Part shown: piece by piece, positions 45,483-45,641 of the stretch
Position numbering within the stretch: the first letter of the stretch is position 1
Layout: the number at the start of each line of letters is the position of its first letter
From: Candidatus Aenigmatarchaeota archaeon
GTDB taxonomy: Archaea; Aenigmatarchaeota; Aenigmatarchaeia; GW2011-AR5; JACRAC01
Reading direction: 5' to 3'
Assembly (NCBI GenBank): GCA_016213555.1
Contig: JACRAC010000008.1
Span: 1-45,641, forward strand
DNA: 45,641 nt
The notes under the pieces: model-generated
Seen by the model: the letters and a program-made list of their open reading frames with translations, nothing else
Databases searched by the model: none
What the model was told of the DNA's origin: nothing
Made by a program: the position numbers and the translations under genes

Positions 45483-45617
45483 TAAGCATTTCTATGTTTT
45501 TGGCTGTGTGTAAAAAGTCCTATAATTAGTGTGTAAAAACTAATAACGGATTCTTGTAGCAATAAGCATTTCTACAGTGAAACACGCAAATCTTGATGTA
45601 ATTTGTGTGTAAAAAGT
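45483..45617. repeat. intergenic direct repeats (ATAAGCATTTCTA x2, GTGTGTAAAAA x3)
   Basis: tgtgtgtaaaaagt at 45505-45518 and 45604-45617, gtgtgtaaaaac at 45529-45540, ataagcatttcta at about 45483 and 45562. Confidence 0.5.
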
Positions 45618-45641
45618 ATTCATGGAAAAATATTCTAGGAA

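Noticed and set aside
1-45641. Mobile elements, prophage, defence islands, rRNA/tRNA genes
   Set aside because: No transposase, integrase, terminal inverted repeats, cas or restriction-type motifs, and no structured RNA genes could be recognised on either strand.

Overview
Very AT-rich, compact archaeal chromosomal segment. Archaeal identity rests on Kae1, TFS, Spt4, RpoE', S24e/S27ae, proteasome alpha and an SBDS-Rrp4-Rrp41-Rrp42 exosome operon, plus GGTG-type Shine-Dalgarno motifs. A small-genome, DPANN-like origin is only inference. I could not support any rRNA, tRNA, CRISPR array, transposase or integrase. Housekeeping islands (18.1-20.9 kb, 26.5 kb, 28.4-32.3 kb) alternate with accessory envelope, redox and metal genes.

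Six things look most worth following up.
1. A co-directional block of six exported or membrane-anchored proteins rich in Cys motifs (5.8-10.1 kb). It includes a 70-aa Ser-rich peptide ending in GGC, a triple thioredoxin-like protein with a ligand-less cupredoxin domain, a DUF929-like CxxC protein, and a C2H2 zinc finger-TM-His-rich protein. A BlaI/BlaR1-like pair sits just upstream and carries a CGTGCMPC motif and a palindromic operator.
2. A Glu/Leu-dehydrogenase, ATP-grasp, GCS2 carboxylate-amine ligase and amidohydrolase cluster (32.5-36.7 kb). Two of its internal promoters carry the identical palindrome TGTAAATAATTTACA. That palindrome recurs with one mismatch in front of the copper-efflux operon.
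3. Two paralogous stand-alone GHKL (RsbW/SpoIIAB-like) ATPase-fold proteins (21.0-22.7 kb).
4. A 1274-aa sequon-saturated surface protein with about 243-nt tandem coding repeats, some nearly identical at the DNA level.
5. Two genes each interrupted by an apparent 1-nt loss next to an A-run.
6. Conserved upstream blocks and 11-nt-phased GAAACA repeats associated with membrane-tethered wHTH regulators.

All functional calls come from motif recognition by eye. No searches were run.
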